The notes under the pieces: generated by a model
The model's input: only the letters and a program-made list of their open reading frames with translations
Databases searched by the model: none
Told to the model about the DNA's origin: nothing
Shown: positions 37,901 to 47,020 of the stretch, one piece after another
How positions within the stretch are numbered: the first letter of the stretch is position 1
How the letters are laid out: each line of letters starts with the position of its first letter
IMG/VR virus record: IMGVR_UViG_3300012683_000011
Coordinates: 1 to 52,267 of that record
Origin: a virus
Taxonomy: Duplodnaviria; Caudoviricetes
Reading direction: 5' to 3' (one strand)
Length of the DNA: 52,267 bases
Translations under genes and position numbers: made by a program

Positions 37901-38438
37901 TCCTGGGTCCCCACCAGGACCATTACCGCCACCACCGCCAAGTGGTAATCCTAATACTAATCCAGGAACTGGTGGTGGATTAAATCCTGGCGCTGGTGGG
38001 GGTGGTCCCGGTCATGGGGAATCATTAGATATGGTTATTTCTGGGTTACATGAATTAGAGATTGATGGTACTGATGATGAAGTATGTGACTTTACTGTTA
38101 GTGGAACATCTGGTTTTGGAACTGGAGTTGGGTTCTGTTATACAATTGAAAATGCTACTATCGATGGGTATGATATTTCTGCCGGTGTAACTATTTCACC
38201 TGTTAGTGGGTGTGTTAGTGATGTAGATCATTTTGGTGATACGCCAACTGTTAATACGCATCATCTCCATGTTAACTATGCTTGGTTCACACCAGTACCA
38301 GTATCCTTTATTAATAGAACAGTCAGATTAAAGTTTACTCGAATTGTTGTCGTGAGTGATGATTTCACTTATACAGATATTGAATATCGTGATGTGGATG
38401 TTATCATAGATGACCCCAGGGATATAAGTGCATCATGA
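34959..38438 (+). CDS. tail tip/central fibre protein
   Basis: 1159 aa; PKVYG; ATA.L.G...GGTGY..P repeats; Pro/Gly linker. Confidence 0.75.
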   Translation: MRALAKLYNQIQQQQPVLIVVCFDSLTRTPQYCLIQENPTEVSEITFGDLSLPTIGALDTVQLDTNTPSNGGGLIRRQGSLVINSRDANGIPFNLDPFNKKFYSTGVRYQDFYFGIWVIDRAFINDDIRGGMFLGYYQIQPTINWTEDQVKTTVPIFDILTLEDGIIGVSFVRNFLGNLVEEPVALPAMRLFNPWITKYVVPKVYGQVERIKLVNDFPSFSLKQLSQLISGRLQRDFLLTDTNIKLQLAELDIGTTQLNQLVGYRVRIKIGTTGEVILGDVSTGLVAGVVDPRLPIYLINITRNVYYAKSNGYTYAPGFIPQVNGGAGNPIPANFSFTASVIFNGRNLIQDANGYMQAQINFFDNAVTGKDVFYTVQTKLNGWQDQKLNIVNHARWEKTSIPTYSGDTNAGLSGQFQGTPTVANPILSTSWTPGVYLYFKSVPTDVFFWFNPATIGTQATATATLTSGALTSVTITSGGTGYSEPPKVRIIGVPTGQVAEAVAIITAGVVTAINVTVPGSGYTATPIIQLVGGQGGEYDAFFGDPWSLVAIEATGAGNSRCFIQNGYSRFDNDHIYTEGEGSLIKIPKANIVAIYQNAGYSTVETTGGPFARIELTTPPLDMNIGATSNIVYADAMYVNLVDGARTEKIINEILKDSALLKYFADDTITALNIPYALTPWVPYIGILTDGSESVTALLDRILFQVAKTFRYRGSTFYIDNTGRPLHNDFTASVLYQGDLAGAHPYDPPAINYIKLPYTHVDNSIYIENSCEISIGKMNTVDYPISQASGVYDYTKVDQIVIDLTYDYGSWQDPNYKKQGNSDHVPLKYGRKFRYAFDLIQDSNDLSIAGIAGGYVGGAWGLNVTEKTYSFKTTLYGMAYEALDPLVLKDFPVISDAIPKLTYTVVAGILVQDNPPKPYKLILEDTDDGHYMVRADGIRYVTGPLVQVYSTSAIFSLSSQEIKIITKQAQSLVSLSISNGGTPGSPPGPLPPPPPSGNPNTNPGTGGGLNPGAGGGGPGHGESLDMVISGLHELEIDGTDDEVCDFTVSGTSGFGTGVGFCYTIENATIDGYDISAGVTISPVSGCVSDVDHFGDTPTVNTHHLHVNYAWFTPVPVSFINRTVRLKFTRIVVVSDDFTYTDIEYRDVDVIIDDPRDISAS

Positions 38439-39400
38439 CAACCACAGGTTATAAAGATACTCAGTTCACAGTTAAGATTCGTATGTCAGCGTTATTAGAC
38501 ACTGACCAGGATGTTAGCTCTGTAATATTCTTTCCGCCCTCTGCCGAGCCTAGGAATCTTGAGATAGATTTACCAGCCCCCTTAATGTTCAATCATTCTA
38601 ATTGGAGTACCGATCAGAATGTAAAAGTCACTGGCCATAGAGTTGGTACTTTACCAATGTCTTATGAATTATCTATGCCATATACTAAACGTAAAACAAA
38701 GGGCGTTATTAATTTAACCATCAATCCAATACCCCCGAATACATTTAATAGAACAGCAGATCATATTGGTACTAACGGGGCTTTCAGCATTATTGGATTC
38801 ATCATCGCGGATGGTACAATATCTAGTCCTGTATCGATTGGTGGGGCGGGTGTTTTAATTGGTGGTACATGGCGCGATTTAGGTACCGTTAGTTTCTCGG
38901 GGGCTCCTGGAATTTACCAAGTAGCATTTAGTGATTTCAGTCATAATGCGAATGTTACGGCTGGAACCACTGTTGGTATAACTGTAACAGATACTAATGG
39001 AACTAGAACTGAAACTTTCACTTGTTGCACAGTTCATTTCTTCCATAATACAATCTCCGGTACTGTTGGTCCTGCTGATACAACACCGCGGTCTGTTAAT
39101 ATTGGGCCAATTGATTTAGCAACGTTTGATGAATATGAATATCTTAGTGACACTACTGGTGTTGATAATGGTATGGTATCTACTTGTTTTGTTTCTGGGC
39201 CTAGTGTTAAAGGTACTATGATTGGAACATGGACGCCACCATTCCCATTCCCTACTTGTCAAGGAGCTGGGTCGCCCAATTTAAAACTTATTGTTAAAAA
39301 CAAACCTAGCCCATATAATGGTTACTTGGAAGCAAATTGGCCGGATGTAATATACGGGCATTATGACGTTGGTCCCATAAACACTTTAGTTTGTAGTTGA
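38435..39400 (+). CDS. tail-associated/receptor-binding protein
   Basis: Thr/Gly-rich, beta-type, coupled to the tail tip gene. Confidence 0.6.
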   Translation: MTTTGYKDTQFTVKIRMSALLDTDQDVSSVIFFPPSAEPRNLEIDLPAPLMFNHSNWSTDQNVKVTGHRVGTLPMSYELSMPYTKRKTKGVINLTINPIPPNTFNRTADHIGTNGAFSIIGFIIADGTISSPVSIGGAGVLIGGTWRDLGTVSFSGAPGIYQVAFSDFSHNANVTAGTTVGITVTDTNGTRTETFTCCTVHFFHNTISGTVGPADTTPRSVNIGPIDLATFDEYEYLSDTTGVDNGMVSTCFVSGPSVKGTMIGTWTPPFPFPTCQGAGSPNLKLIVKNKPSPYNGYLEANWPDVIYGHYDVGPINTLVCS

Positions 39401-39447
39401 CATTCGATTTACTCATGTAGGGTAAATCAATCCTTAAAGGAGGAATT

Positions 39448-39795
39448 ATGCGCGCATTATTTGCTGGAGAAGAAGGGGGTAATAAAACCATTTTACGTGG
39501 TGGCGATTACTCAATGGAAGTTAAGTTACTTAATGATGTCGGTACTGAAATTGATATTACTGGGGATACTCTTGACGTAATTCTTTATGATACTACTGAT
39601 CGTCGCAATGCCGCTGTTGCGTCTTTCTTAGCTCTCACTCATTTGGTTGAACCTGCTGGCAATGCAACGTTGCCAATTGGTCACGTTGCTTCAGCCGCCC
39701 TCCCCGCTGGTAAAACTCTTTATGGGTTTATTAAGCGTACTCATAGTGCTAAGATTAGCTTCTGCAACACCCCCACTATTTTCCAAATCTCGTAA
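39448..39795 (+). CDS. virion accessory protein, paralog 1
   Basis: AGGAGG RBS; MRALFAGEEGG...YDTTDRRNAA. Confidence 0.7.
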   Translation: MRALFAGEEGGNKTILRGGDYSMEVKLLNDVGTEIDITGDTLDVILYDTTDRRNAAVASFLALTHLVEPAGNATLPIGHVASAALPAGKTLYGFIKRTHSAKISFCNTPTIFQIS

Positions 39796-39804
39796 AGGAA
39801 TACA

Positions 39805-40158
39805 ATGAGATTTTTACTTGATGGCGAAGAGGGTGGCGTGTTACCCATCTTCTCTGGCTCTGATCGTATTTTAAATGGTATCTTTTTAGCTGACGATGGT
39901 ACAGTTATCGACGGTACCGCCGACACTGTTTCTGTTGAATTCTACGACCGCCCCGATCGTAAGAATGCAGCCACTTTAGTTAAGGCCGGGGCAGCTGTTG
40001 TGATTGCCCGTGGTACGTACACTTTTACTTTAGTGCCAGCTGAGACTTTATTACTTGTTCCTGGCGCTGTTTATTATCTCGTGGCTAAGCGCGACGTTGG
40101 CGCTGGTGGAACCGACATCGAAATTGCCAAGAAGATTTCGACGATTATTCCTAAGTAA
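39805..40158 (+). CDS. virion accessory protein, paralog 2
   Basis: MRFLLDGEEGG...YDRPDRKNAA. Confidence 0.7.
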   Translation: MRFLLDGEEGGVLPIFSGSDRILNGIFLADDGTVIDGTADTVSVEFYDRPDRKNAATLVKAGAAVVIARGTYTFTLVPAETLLLVPGAVYYLVAKRDVGAGGTDIEIAKKISTIIPK

Positions 40159-40179
40159 CGTTTACTTTTTGATAGTTAG

Positions 40180-40216
40180 TTTTACACCCAAGGTTTTGCC
40201 TTGGGTGTAACTTTTA
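40180..40216. terminator. terminator between convergent arms
   Basis: TTACACCCAAGG/CCTTGGGTGTAA stem with T-runs. Confidence 0.8.
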
Positions 40217-40450
40217 TTCTAAATCGAAGCGGAATGCTTTTATTAGTTCTTCTTTTGCCGTAGCAAAATGTGTCTCTCGATTTTTCCACATGAATAAAAT
40301 TTGTGGTTCAAATTGTGGTAAACGAGGATTATAAATAAGTATCTTTTGAATCTTCTCCGCGGCTATGCCTTCCTCAAAACATTTCATGGCATAGTAATCA
40401 CAGGTATCGAATAGTGCAGTACCTGCGTCATCTTCAATTTCAATTAGCAT
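40214..40450 (-). CDS. hypothetical protein
   Basis: AAGGA RBS. Confidence 0.65.
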   Translation of the reverse strand: MLIEIEDDAGTALFDTCDYYAMKCFEEGIAAEKIQKILIYNPRLPQFEPQILFMWKNRETHFATAKEELIKAFRFDLE

Positions 40451-40466
40451 AATAGTCCTTTAGCGT

Positions 40467-42377
40467 TCAATGCTTAGTGAATAAAATATTCAAGGCAGTG
40501 GTGGCGGCGTCGTTATCTTTTAGTTTGTATTTATTACCCCAATTATATAAAGCCACTTCAGTATCAATTAACATTGGGATACGGAAGTTTGGTAATACAC
40601 AAGATAAACGATTAATACAATTTAAATATAATTGTGCTGTATTGATTGGCACAATAGCGAATGCAGCATCGTGAATATAGTTATCTAATTTTGCTTTAGA
40701 ATCTTTAAATTCTTCGTCATTAGCTATAGCATTGAGACGTTGCTTAACGAAATCAGCCTCAAAGCCTTGGCATAAATAGTTCATGCCAACATAAGCTAAT
40801 TGTGTATCTAAATAGTATCTACGGCCAAAGAAATTCTTAATGTATCCTTTAGCATGGAGTGCTTGTTTAACTTGCGCAATAAGGGCTTTAATAGCTGGAC
40901 ATCGGCGATGGTACTCTTCAAGAATACCGTTACTAATCCCGTCGAGGGTAATAGCATCATATTTAAATCTGAGTTTTGATATTGTATCATTATACTTTTC
41001 GATACCGAATTTTTCTTTCGCTTCATGTAAGACCTTAGCAATATTTTTAACAGTCTTCTTTTTACCAGCGCCGAACAGTAACATAAAGTTAACTGTCTTA
41101 ATTGGGTCACGTAAATCGCTCAAGGCTAATCTATCCGCTAATAATTGATGATAGTCAATCTTTGGGTTATCATCATAAGCTTTTAGAATTCCTGGATCGC
41201 AAGCGTATGCAGCGAAACAGCGATATTGTATTTGAGAATAATCGAATTTAATTCCAATAAAACCTTCTGGTATTCGCATCCCTTTGAAAGCCCACTTCGG
41301 TGGGTTTTGAGAATTTGGGCTAGAAGAACTTCGACCAGTTTCTGTTCCATGCTGTTTAAAGCCAACCCTAAGGTAAGAGTCAGGGCATGCATTTTCCGGC
41401 CAGCCAATAGCGAAAGTGGAGCGGGCCGTAGATGCCTCTGTGTATTCGTTGATGTCATCTGTCATTCCTCCTTCATCAATAATTAAAGCTCTTGCGTCAC
41501 CATTCCAAGAAACTTTAAAGGTTCCATCTTTTTGTTTATTCCAAGCGACTGGTTCAATCTTACGCATTTCATAGTAACGGGCAATTTGTTGCCATGAATT
41601 AGGGTTGAATTCTAAATCTTCGTTATTCATTTTCGACCAGAAAATATTCATTCGGTCGCCTAGCACTAATAATTTCTTAGCAAGGACGGCATTAACGATT
41701 TCAAAATAGTCCGTGTTTAAAAGTATACCCTGCTTTTCCATATTGAAAAGCGTACGGGTAAATTTTATTTCTTCTTGTATGACGCCAAGAGATTCTTCTG
41801 GCATCTCGTTTAAGATATTTAATTCGCATTCCATGGCAGCGAGTGTGTCATGGTTAGCGTACTTTGAAATTATATCTAAGGGTATTCTACCATAATCTTT
41901 TGTTTTATGTTCGGTAAGCCATAAGTCGATAGGCTCGTCTTCTTTGAAATGTAATTTATTGTAGAAAGATGCGAGGTACTTGAGGTTGAATTCTAAATGG
42001 TAGTTATGATGGACTCTAGCAAGACTGGCGAGGTCCACCATGGCGGCTTTTGGGAAATAGATTTTATCTTGTTCAAGGAAATGAGCATCGAATTTAATGT
42101 TAGCATTCCCCCATCGTTTAACTTCTCCGCAAAATTGTTGTAGCTCACGAATTGTTTCTTCGTATGGGAAGCATTCTTCAAGCTGAGTACGATGTCTTAA
42201 TGGTATATATGCCGGAGCCACATCCTGTTGGCATAACGAAATACCACAGACTCTATCACCATGGTAAGGATTGAAAGCAGCCTTTTTATCATCATTACTC
42301 GTTGTCTCTACGTCGAGCCACAGTGGATTCGATGGGTTGAATTGGTTCAACAAACTTACAATTTGCGTCATCTTCAA
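40467..42377 (-). CDS. polA: family A DNA polymerase with 3'-5' exonuclease
   Basis: ExoI DVETT, ExoII NIKFD, ExoIII YANHD; TGRSSS.PNSQN; motif A DYSQ, motif B K..NF...FG, motif C HD. Confidence 0.92.
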   Translation of the reverse strand: MKMTQIVSLLNQFNPSNPLWLDVETTSNDDKKAAFNPYHGDRVCGISLCQQDVAPAYIPLRHRTQLEECFPYEETIRELQQFCGEVKRWGNANIKFDAHFLEQDKIYFPKAAMVDLASLARVHHNYHLEFNLKYLASFYNKLHFKEDEPIDLWLTEHKTKDYGRIPLDIISKYANHDTLAAMECELNILNEMPEESLGVIQEEIKFTRTLFNMEKQGILLNTDYFEIVNAVLAKKLLVLGDRMNIFWSKMNNEDLEFNPNSWQQIARYYEMRKIEPVAWNKQKDGTFKVSWNGDARALIIDEGGMTDDINEYTEASTARSTFAIGWPENACPDSYLRVGFKQHGTETGRSSSSPNSQNPPKWAFKGMRIPEGFIGIKFDYSQIQYRCFAAYACDPGILKAYDDNPKIDYHQLLADRLALSDLRDPIKTVNFMLLFGAGKKKTVKNIAKVLHEAKEKFGIEKYNDTISKLRFKYDAITLDGISNGILEEYHRRCPAIKALIAQVKQALHAKGYIKNFFGRRYYLDTQLAYVGMNYLCQGFEADFVKQRLNAIANDEEFKDSKAKLDNYIHDAAFAIVPINTAQLYLNCINRLSCVLPNFRIPMLIDTEVALYNWGNKYKLKDNDAATTALNILFTKH

Positions 42378-42516
42378 GAGCCTTTTTAATTGTATATTCT
42401 GTATCGTTTAAGAAACATGGCATCCCATCATCATACCATTTATGTAATAACTTAATATCAGCTTCCGTCTCGGCAGTAACACTCAAGCGACCACTATTCA
42501 ATAATTTACACCGCAT
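42295..42516 (-). CDS. hypothetical protein
   Basis: coupled ORF filling the gap before the polymerase. Confidence 0.45.
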   Translation of the reverse strand: MRCKLLNSGRLSVTAETEADIKLLHKWYDDGMPCFLNDTEYTIKKALEDDANCKFVEPIQPIESTVARRRDNE

Positions 42517-42688
42517 GTTTTTGATCCAGTTCCTTAGCGCGGGAGTCGGAGTAATTCAATCTGGCTAGTAGACTAGTTAATTCGTGTTTAGATACACTAA
42601 AGAATGGGTTGGTAATTTTTAATACTGTTGTAATGATTTCTAAGTCACGATATGATAATCGCACTCGAACTGAGCGACCTTTTCTCAT
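42506..42688 (-). CDS. small basic protein
   Basis: ATGA overlap; GAGG RBS. Confidence 0.5.
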   Translation of the reverse strand: MRKGRSVRVRLSYRDLEIITTVLKITNPFFSVSKHELTSLLARLNYSDSRAKELDQKHAV

Positions 42689-45525
42689 AGCGTACCTCGC
42701 GCATTAATTACTGCCAATGTTTCGTTCTTCAATCCTTCCCGATCAAGTTCTTTAAGTAATTCGATAAAGGCTGGGGTTTTACGATACCCACCACGTCGCA
42801 ATTTTCTGAGTGCCTGTTTCCGAACGAGGAATCCAAGAAAGGTGTTTGCTTCTTCTCGCATCCATTCGGTGAAGTCCATAAGAGATTGAGTATCGACGCT
42901 ATCTGATTCGATGAGTCCTCTAATTGTGTCACCAGCATTTGGTATCTTTCTCAAATCGGTGGCGAGTTCTTTACGATCAATTAATTTAGTTTCAGATAAT
43001 TGGGCTTTGGAAAATTCCAAATAGCCTAATGCTTTATCCGCATAGATTTTATTTAGAAAGCGCTCAATGTATTCAACGTGACACTTTCTAATGACCACAT
43101 AACCATTATCGTCACAACTATAAGTGCGACCAGCCAAAGCGCCAGCAAGCCGTACAATTTTAATCCTTTGATCCGAGGGCTCAACAATGGGGCAAGCAGC
43201 AGAGTAAAGATTGCCCATTCGACTAGCAACAGCAAGAATTTCATGTTCGGCATCCCTATCTATTCTAATTTCGGATTCTTTTCTTGACCAACACCACATG
43301 ACAAGGTGGGAGCAGAGTTCAGATGTATAAGAGTGAGGGACCACTCGTCTTCTTTCTGACGGTGTATTAATAATACTCTCAGACACGTCACCACTGGCAA
43401 CAGCAATGCACATGTCAAAACGACGAATATCTTCCAAGGAACCAACCAATTCACGAATTGCGTCAACCCCATAATTATAAGTAGACAACTGTCTATCGCC
43501 GCGAGGATTGCTAATCCATCCAAGACGGGTTCGAGCATTGGTTTTGGCTCGTTCGATTTTGACGATTTCAGCAATGCCACTAGATCGCATGTCAGTAAGT
43601 TTAGTAATGACTTCAATTGATGCTCCTTTTACTTCTTCAAGGAATACTAATCGGCGATCATTTAAAGGTATTTGACCCCATGTAATAAACCAGCGCCCAT
43701 TGGACTCCTGTAAACCACCAACCAAACCGGCAACAGAGGAACTTTTACAGTCGACTCTCTCTCCAGCCTTATAATGAGCCATAAGTTTGATTGCAGTTTC
43801 CGATTTGCCCTGCCCGCTATCTCCAATACATAGCGCGTCGACCCACCCTTTTTTGATGTCCCCTTGAAAAGGGATATATAATAACGAGTGAACAATAAGA
43901 TCGTAAAATATATGTAGAGCTTCACGATTGTATATTTTGGTAACATTATGTTCTAAATCCTCATAGATGTCTGTTAACTTTGCTTCGATTCCTGCCACTG
44001 TCCATTCACTAGGTTGGAACAATGTAAGATCGTGTTTGAGTTCAAATTGTGAAATGTCATCCTGAGACTTCCGCATTTCATTTGCGACTAAAACCGCATG
44101 TTGGTCGTCCGGATTAATACAAACTTTGGCTGTTGTTTCATAGGATGCATTGGACTCAACGCCATGCCCAACCGCAAACACTCGTCGAACCACCATTTCT
44201 CCAGTATTATGACCAATGGCAACTTGAGGAACGCATCGGAGTTCTTCAACGTTTTGTGTTTCGATATTGATGAAGGCATGTTTGTTACATTTCTTATAAA
44301 CACCAGACATTAACTTTAAAGCGTCCTGTAAAGCCGAATCTGTCTTATTGACAAATTGTAAAATTGCTTCATCTGCGCCAATTTTAAACTCATACCCCCG
44401 ATGGGTAGCGACATGACACATTCCACAATAATCTTGGTCGGCTGGGCAGGTAACTCTAACCACCTTTGGTAATACATATGGCGACGTATCTTTGGCCGAT
44501 ACAACAACATTCGTTTTAATTTGCTTGTGGTAATACTTGGCGTTACCAGCCTCAGACAATAGAATAGGGTAAATATTAAGATCGATTGGCGGAAGTTCTG
44601 GTTCTTTAGGTGGCTCATAAATTGGTGTCGCTAAGCAAAGGATTCTAAAATCATCTACAGTCTTTTTCTTATCTACGAAATAATTAGTAATGTCGCCATT
44701 ATGCTTGCCGCGAGAATCCACAATATCCAAGACATCATTAAGGAAAATATTACGAACGGTCGTCGCTTTTCCGTAGAGAGCATTACACACAATATTTGAA
44801 CCAATACGCCCAGGCTCGTCAACATCGTACACAATGATAACATCTTTGCCAGTAAAGAAATCATTAAATTCAGCGCTCCATTTCTTCGCTCCATTGGTCG
44901 GAGCGCAGGCTGGCAAGCCATATTTCGTCATCAATATAGCTTTGAATTCCCCTTCAGCAATATAAACTTCAGTACCTTTGCAGGCTTCGGCATTGAATAA
45001 ATGGATTCCGCCGTGACCTTTTGTACTGATAACTTTGTCATCATGTGTGTAAGAATATTGACGGAAATTTACTAACTTATCATTAACAAAAATTGGAATC
45101 TGTACCCGCTCATTACTTCGATTCCACCCAAGCTTAAACTTCTTAATCTCTTCTAATGTAATACCATGTTTATCATTTAATTTCTTGATGATGTCAGGGG
45201 TTACTAATAATTCTCTATGGAAATCATCAACTAAACTTGTAGGGATCTTTTCTTTATTATTTAAACTATCAACAGCTAACTTAACTAACTCAATTGGTTT
45301 ATTAGTTACGTGGGCGATATATTTAAGAACACTACTAGGTTGATTACAACGATGACACGAATAAGCGCCGTTCGTTGCATTAATTCTTCCTTTAGCTTCT
45401 TGAATATCTTTGTCAGCATCACCTTTACAATAGCAACATCTAACAAATAACCATTCGCCATTCTTCTTATCGAAGTATTCAACTCCCGAGATTATTAGAG
45501 CCTGTTCCGGTGGAATGTGTTGCAT
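42685..45525 (-). CDS. Zn-finger/TOPRIM primase fused to an MCM-like AAA+ helicase
   Basis: CCYC..CHRC; IAEG..YDVD; CPADQDYC; GDSGQGKS, SSVAGL, VFLEE, ISNP, RRFD. Confidence 0.85.
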   Translation of the reverse strand: MQHIPPEQALIISGVEYFDKKNGEWLFVRCCYCKGDADKDIQEAKGRINATNGAYSCHRCNQPSSVLKYIAHVTNKPIELVKLAVDSLNNKEKIPTSLVDDFHRELLVTPDIIKKLNDKHGITLEEIKKFKLGWNRSNERVQIPIFVNDKLVNFRQYSYTHDDKVISTKGHGGIHLFNAEACKGTEVYIAEGEFKAILMTKYGLPACAPTNGAKKWSAEFNDFFTGKDVIIVYDVDEPGRIGSNIVCNALYGKATTVRNIFLNDVLDIVDSRGKHNGDITNYFVDKKKTVDDFRILCLATPIYEPPKEPELPPIDLNIYPILLSEAGNAKYYHKQIKTNVVVSAKDTSPYVLPKVVRVTCPADQDYCGMCHVATHRGYEFKIGADEAILQFVNKTDSALQDALKLMSGVYKKCNKHAFINIETQNVEELRCVPQVAIGHNTGEMVVRRVFAVGHGVESNASYETTAKVCINPDDQHAVLVANEMRKSQDDISQFELKHDLTLFQPSEWTVAGIEAKLTDIYEDLEHNVTKIYNREALHIFYDLIVHSLLYIPFQGDIKKGWVDALCIGDSGQGKSETAIKLMAHYKAGERVDCKSSSVAGLVGGLQESNGRWFITWGQIPLNDRRLVFLEEVKGASIEVITKLTDMRSSGIAEIVKIERAKTNARTRLGWISNPRGDRQLSTYNYGVDAIRELVGSLEDIRRFDMCIAVASGDVSESIINTPSERRRVVPHSYTSELCSHLVMWCWSRKESEIRIDRDAEHEILAVASRMGNLYSAACPIVEPSDQRIKIVRLAGALAGRTYSCDDNGYVVIRKCHVEYIERFLNKIYADKALGYLEFSKAQLSETKLIDRKELATDLRKIPNAGDTIRGLIESDSVDTQSLMDFTEWMREEANTFLGFLVRKQALRKLRRGGYRKTPAFIELLKELDREGLKNETLAVINARGTL

Positions 45526-45790
45526 TTGATTTTCTGCGACTGTTTTTATAATCGTTAACTTGATCCGGGTCTGACCAATCTATTCCAGAAAGATTTGGTC
45601 TACCTGCTTTTTCTAGTTTATCATAATATGGGCAGTCTTCGCATTTAACATCTGGTGTTGGGCATGGTTGTCTAAATTGAAAGTAATACCCACATTTATG
45701 ATATTTACTACCGTTACTCGGGCTGTAATTCTTGCACAGGATTTTCGTTGATAGGCTCTTGCACAGGCAATTGTTCAGTTGGCATGGCAT
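45479..45790 (-). CDS. Cys-rich hypothetical protein
   Basis: multiple Cys including CEDC; GGAG RBS. Confidence 0.55.
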   Translation of the reverse strand: MPCQLNNCLCKSLSTKILCKNYSPSNGSKYHKCGYYFQFRQPCPTPDVKCEDCPYYDKLEKAGRPNLSGIDWSDPDQVNDYKNSRRKSNATHSTGTGSNNLGS

Positions 45791-46067
45791 TCTGTATCTC
45801 CCACAAAGTCATTTCCTTAGTTTCATGATCGTATTCAATATTGTAACTCTTATTTGTTTTAGGTTCAATACGGTGGAATTTAAGAATTCTCTGAAATAAT
45901 TCAGCTTTGCGCTTCTCAAAATTACCAAGAGTTCTATTAACTAAAGTCTGAGCGGCATTACCTTCATTACGTAATTGCTGAAAGATTTCAACACTAAGGC
46001 CACTTAACTTTAGTAGTTCAACCTTTTCTACTTTATTTAAAGCAGCTTTAACAGCATCGTTCATCAC
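45714..46067 (-). CDS. hypothetical protein
   Basis: coupled ORF. Confidence 0.65.
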   Translation of the reverse strand: MMNDAVKAALNKVEKVELLKLSGLSVEIFQQLRNEGNAAQTLVNRTLGNFEKRKAELFQRILKFHRIEPKTNKSYNIEYDHETKEMTLWEIQNAMPTEQLPVQEPINENPVQELQPE

Positions 46068-46453
46068 GGATTCTCACAATCTAAAATGGTATTATCGGCC
46101 TTAATAAAAATGTCACTTTGTACTCGCCTACTCACTTCATTAAACTTCTCAGCCACGGCGTCACCAAGATCAATTCGGAATTGGAACGCGGCAATATCTA
46201 AGTAAGTAACGATGTCTGCGAATTCATTTTTAATCATTGGCATAGCATCTTCTAAACTAATATCCCCACGGCGAACCTTCTTTAAAACGTTACAAAGTTC
46301 GCCAAGCTCGCCAGTAACTGCCTGCATCCATTCGGCGCTAGACCAATCACTACCATCCGCTTTGCTATGACTCTTTTCACCCTTAGAATTTTTAAATTGT
46401 GGCAGGCGTAAAACATTCGCCTTACGTAATGTACTAAAAGATAAGTCAGTCAT
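46064..46453 (-). CDS. mazG: MazG-like nucleotide pyrophosphohydrolase
   Basis: GELGEL..VLKK...EFADI..YL...DL..AV..KFN. Confidence 0.88.
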   Translation of the reverse strand: MTDLSFSTLRKANVLRLPQFKNSKGEKSHSKADGSDWSSAEWMQAVTGELGELCNVLKKVRRGDISLEDAMPMIKNEFADIVTYLDIAAFQFRIDLGDAVAEKFNEVSRRVQSDIFIKADNTILDCENP

Positions 46454-46875
46454 TTGGTTTCGCCGCCAAGACGTTTAATTTCATCCTTAATATACCAAAT
46501 AGCTTTATTCAAATCTTCAATTTGCTTATTAGAATGTTTAATTGAGCGTCGGCAAAACTCAAGCGCCTCTTGTGGCTTTTCGGTAATCTCGACTCGATCT
46601 TTTAAACCGGCTCTCCAAAGATATTTAATAGCATTACCCACATTAAAATTACGGTGACGACAAATTGCAATTGCTTCGACTCCACTAGGATCGCTGGTAT
46701 AATGCTTCGGATGATTAACCGCGTCAACATTAATACTCGGCTTCTCACTAATAAAAGCATATTGAATCAGTGGAGTTTTAAGAATATCTTTTGAAACATC
46801 TATTGAATCTTTACAAATACCTAACTTCAATTTTGATTTCTGATATTTAGTTAATTTCTTCATGTTATATACCAC
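46450..46875 (-). CDS. DUF3310 (T7 gp1.7-like nucleotide kinase) protein
   Basis: DAVNHPKHY...EAI...GNAIKYLWRAG.K...EDL.KA.WYI. Confidence 0.85.
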   Translation of the reverse strand: MVYNMKKLTKYQKSKLKLGICKDSIDVSKDILKTPLIQYAFISEKPSINVDAVNHPKHYTSDPSGVEAIAICRHRNFNVGNAIKYLWRAGLKDRVEITEKPQEALEFCRRSIKHSNKQIEDLNKAIWYIKDEIKRLGGETK

Positions 46876-46899
46876 TGCATTTTGCAGTGCCTTTAAAAA

Positions 46900-47010
46900 G
46901 TAACGATGTCACGTTGAACCCCGTATTGACTCTACGGTGTCGCAAGCCGTAGATTTTAATCACCCAATATCTCAGGGATTTTTACTGCCCAAACAACGTG
47001 ACATCGTTAC
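46900..47010 (-). ncRNA. stem-closed rod-like domain F
   Basis: Perfect 17-bp IR GTAACGATGTCACGTTG/CAACGTGACATCGTTAC; inner AATCCC/GGGGTT, TATTGG/TCAATA and TCTACGG/CCGTAGA stems on the minus strand. Confidence 0.6.
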
Positions 47011-47020
47011 AAAGTTACTG

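Noticed and set aside
34959-39400. Diversity-generating retroelement targeting tail genes
   Set aside because: No reverse transcriptase and no template/variable repeat pair seen
46917-46993. Twister ribozyme (GCAAGCC resemblance)
   Set aside because: The other conserved elements and pseudoknot partners could not be placed
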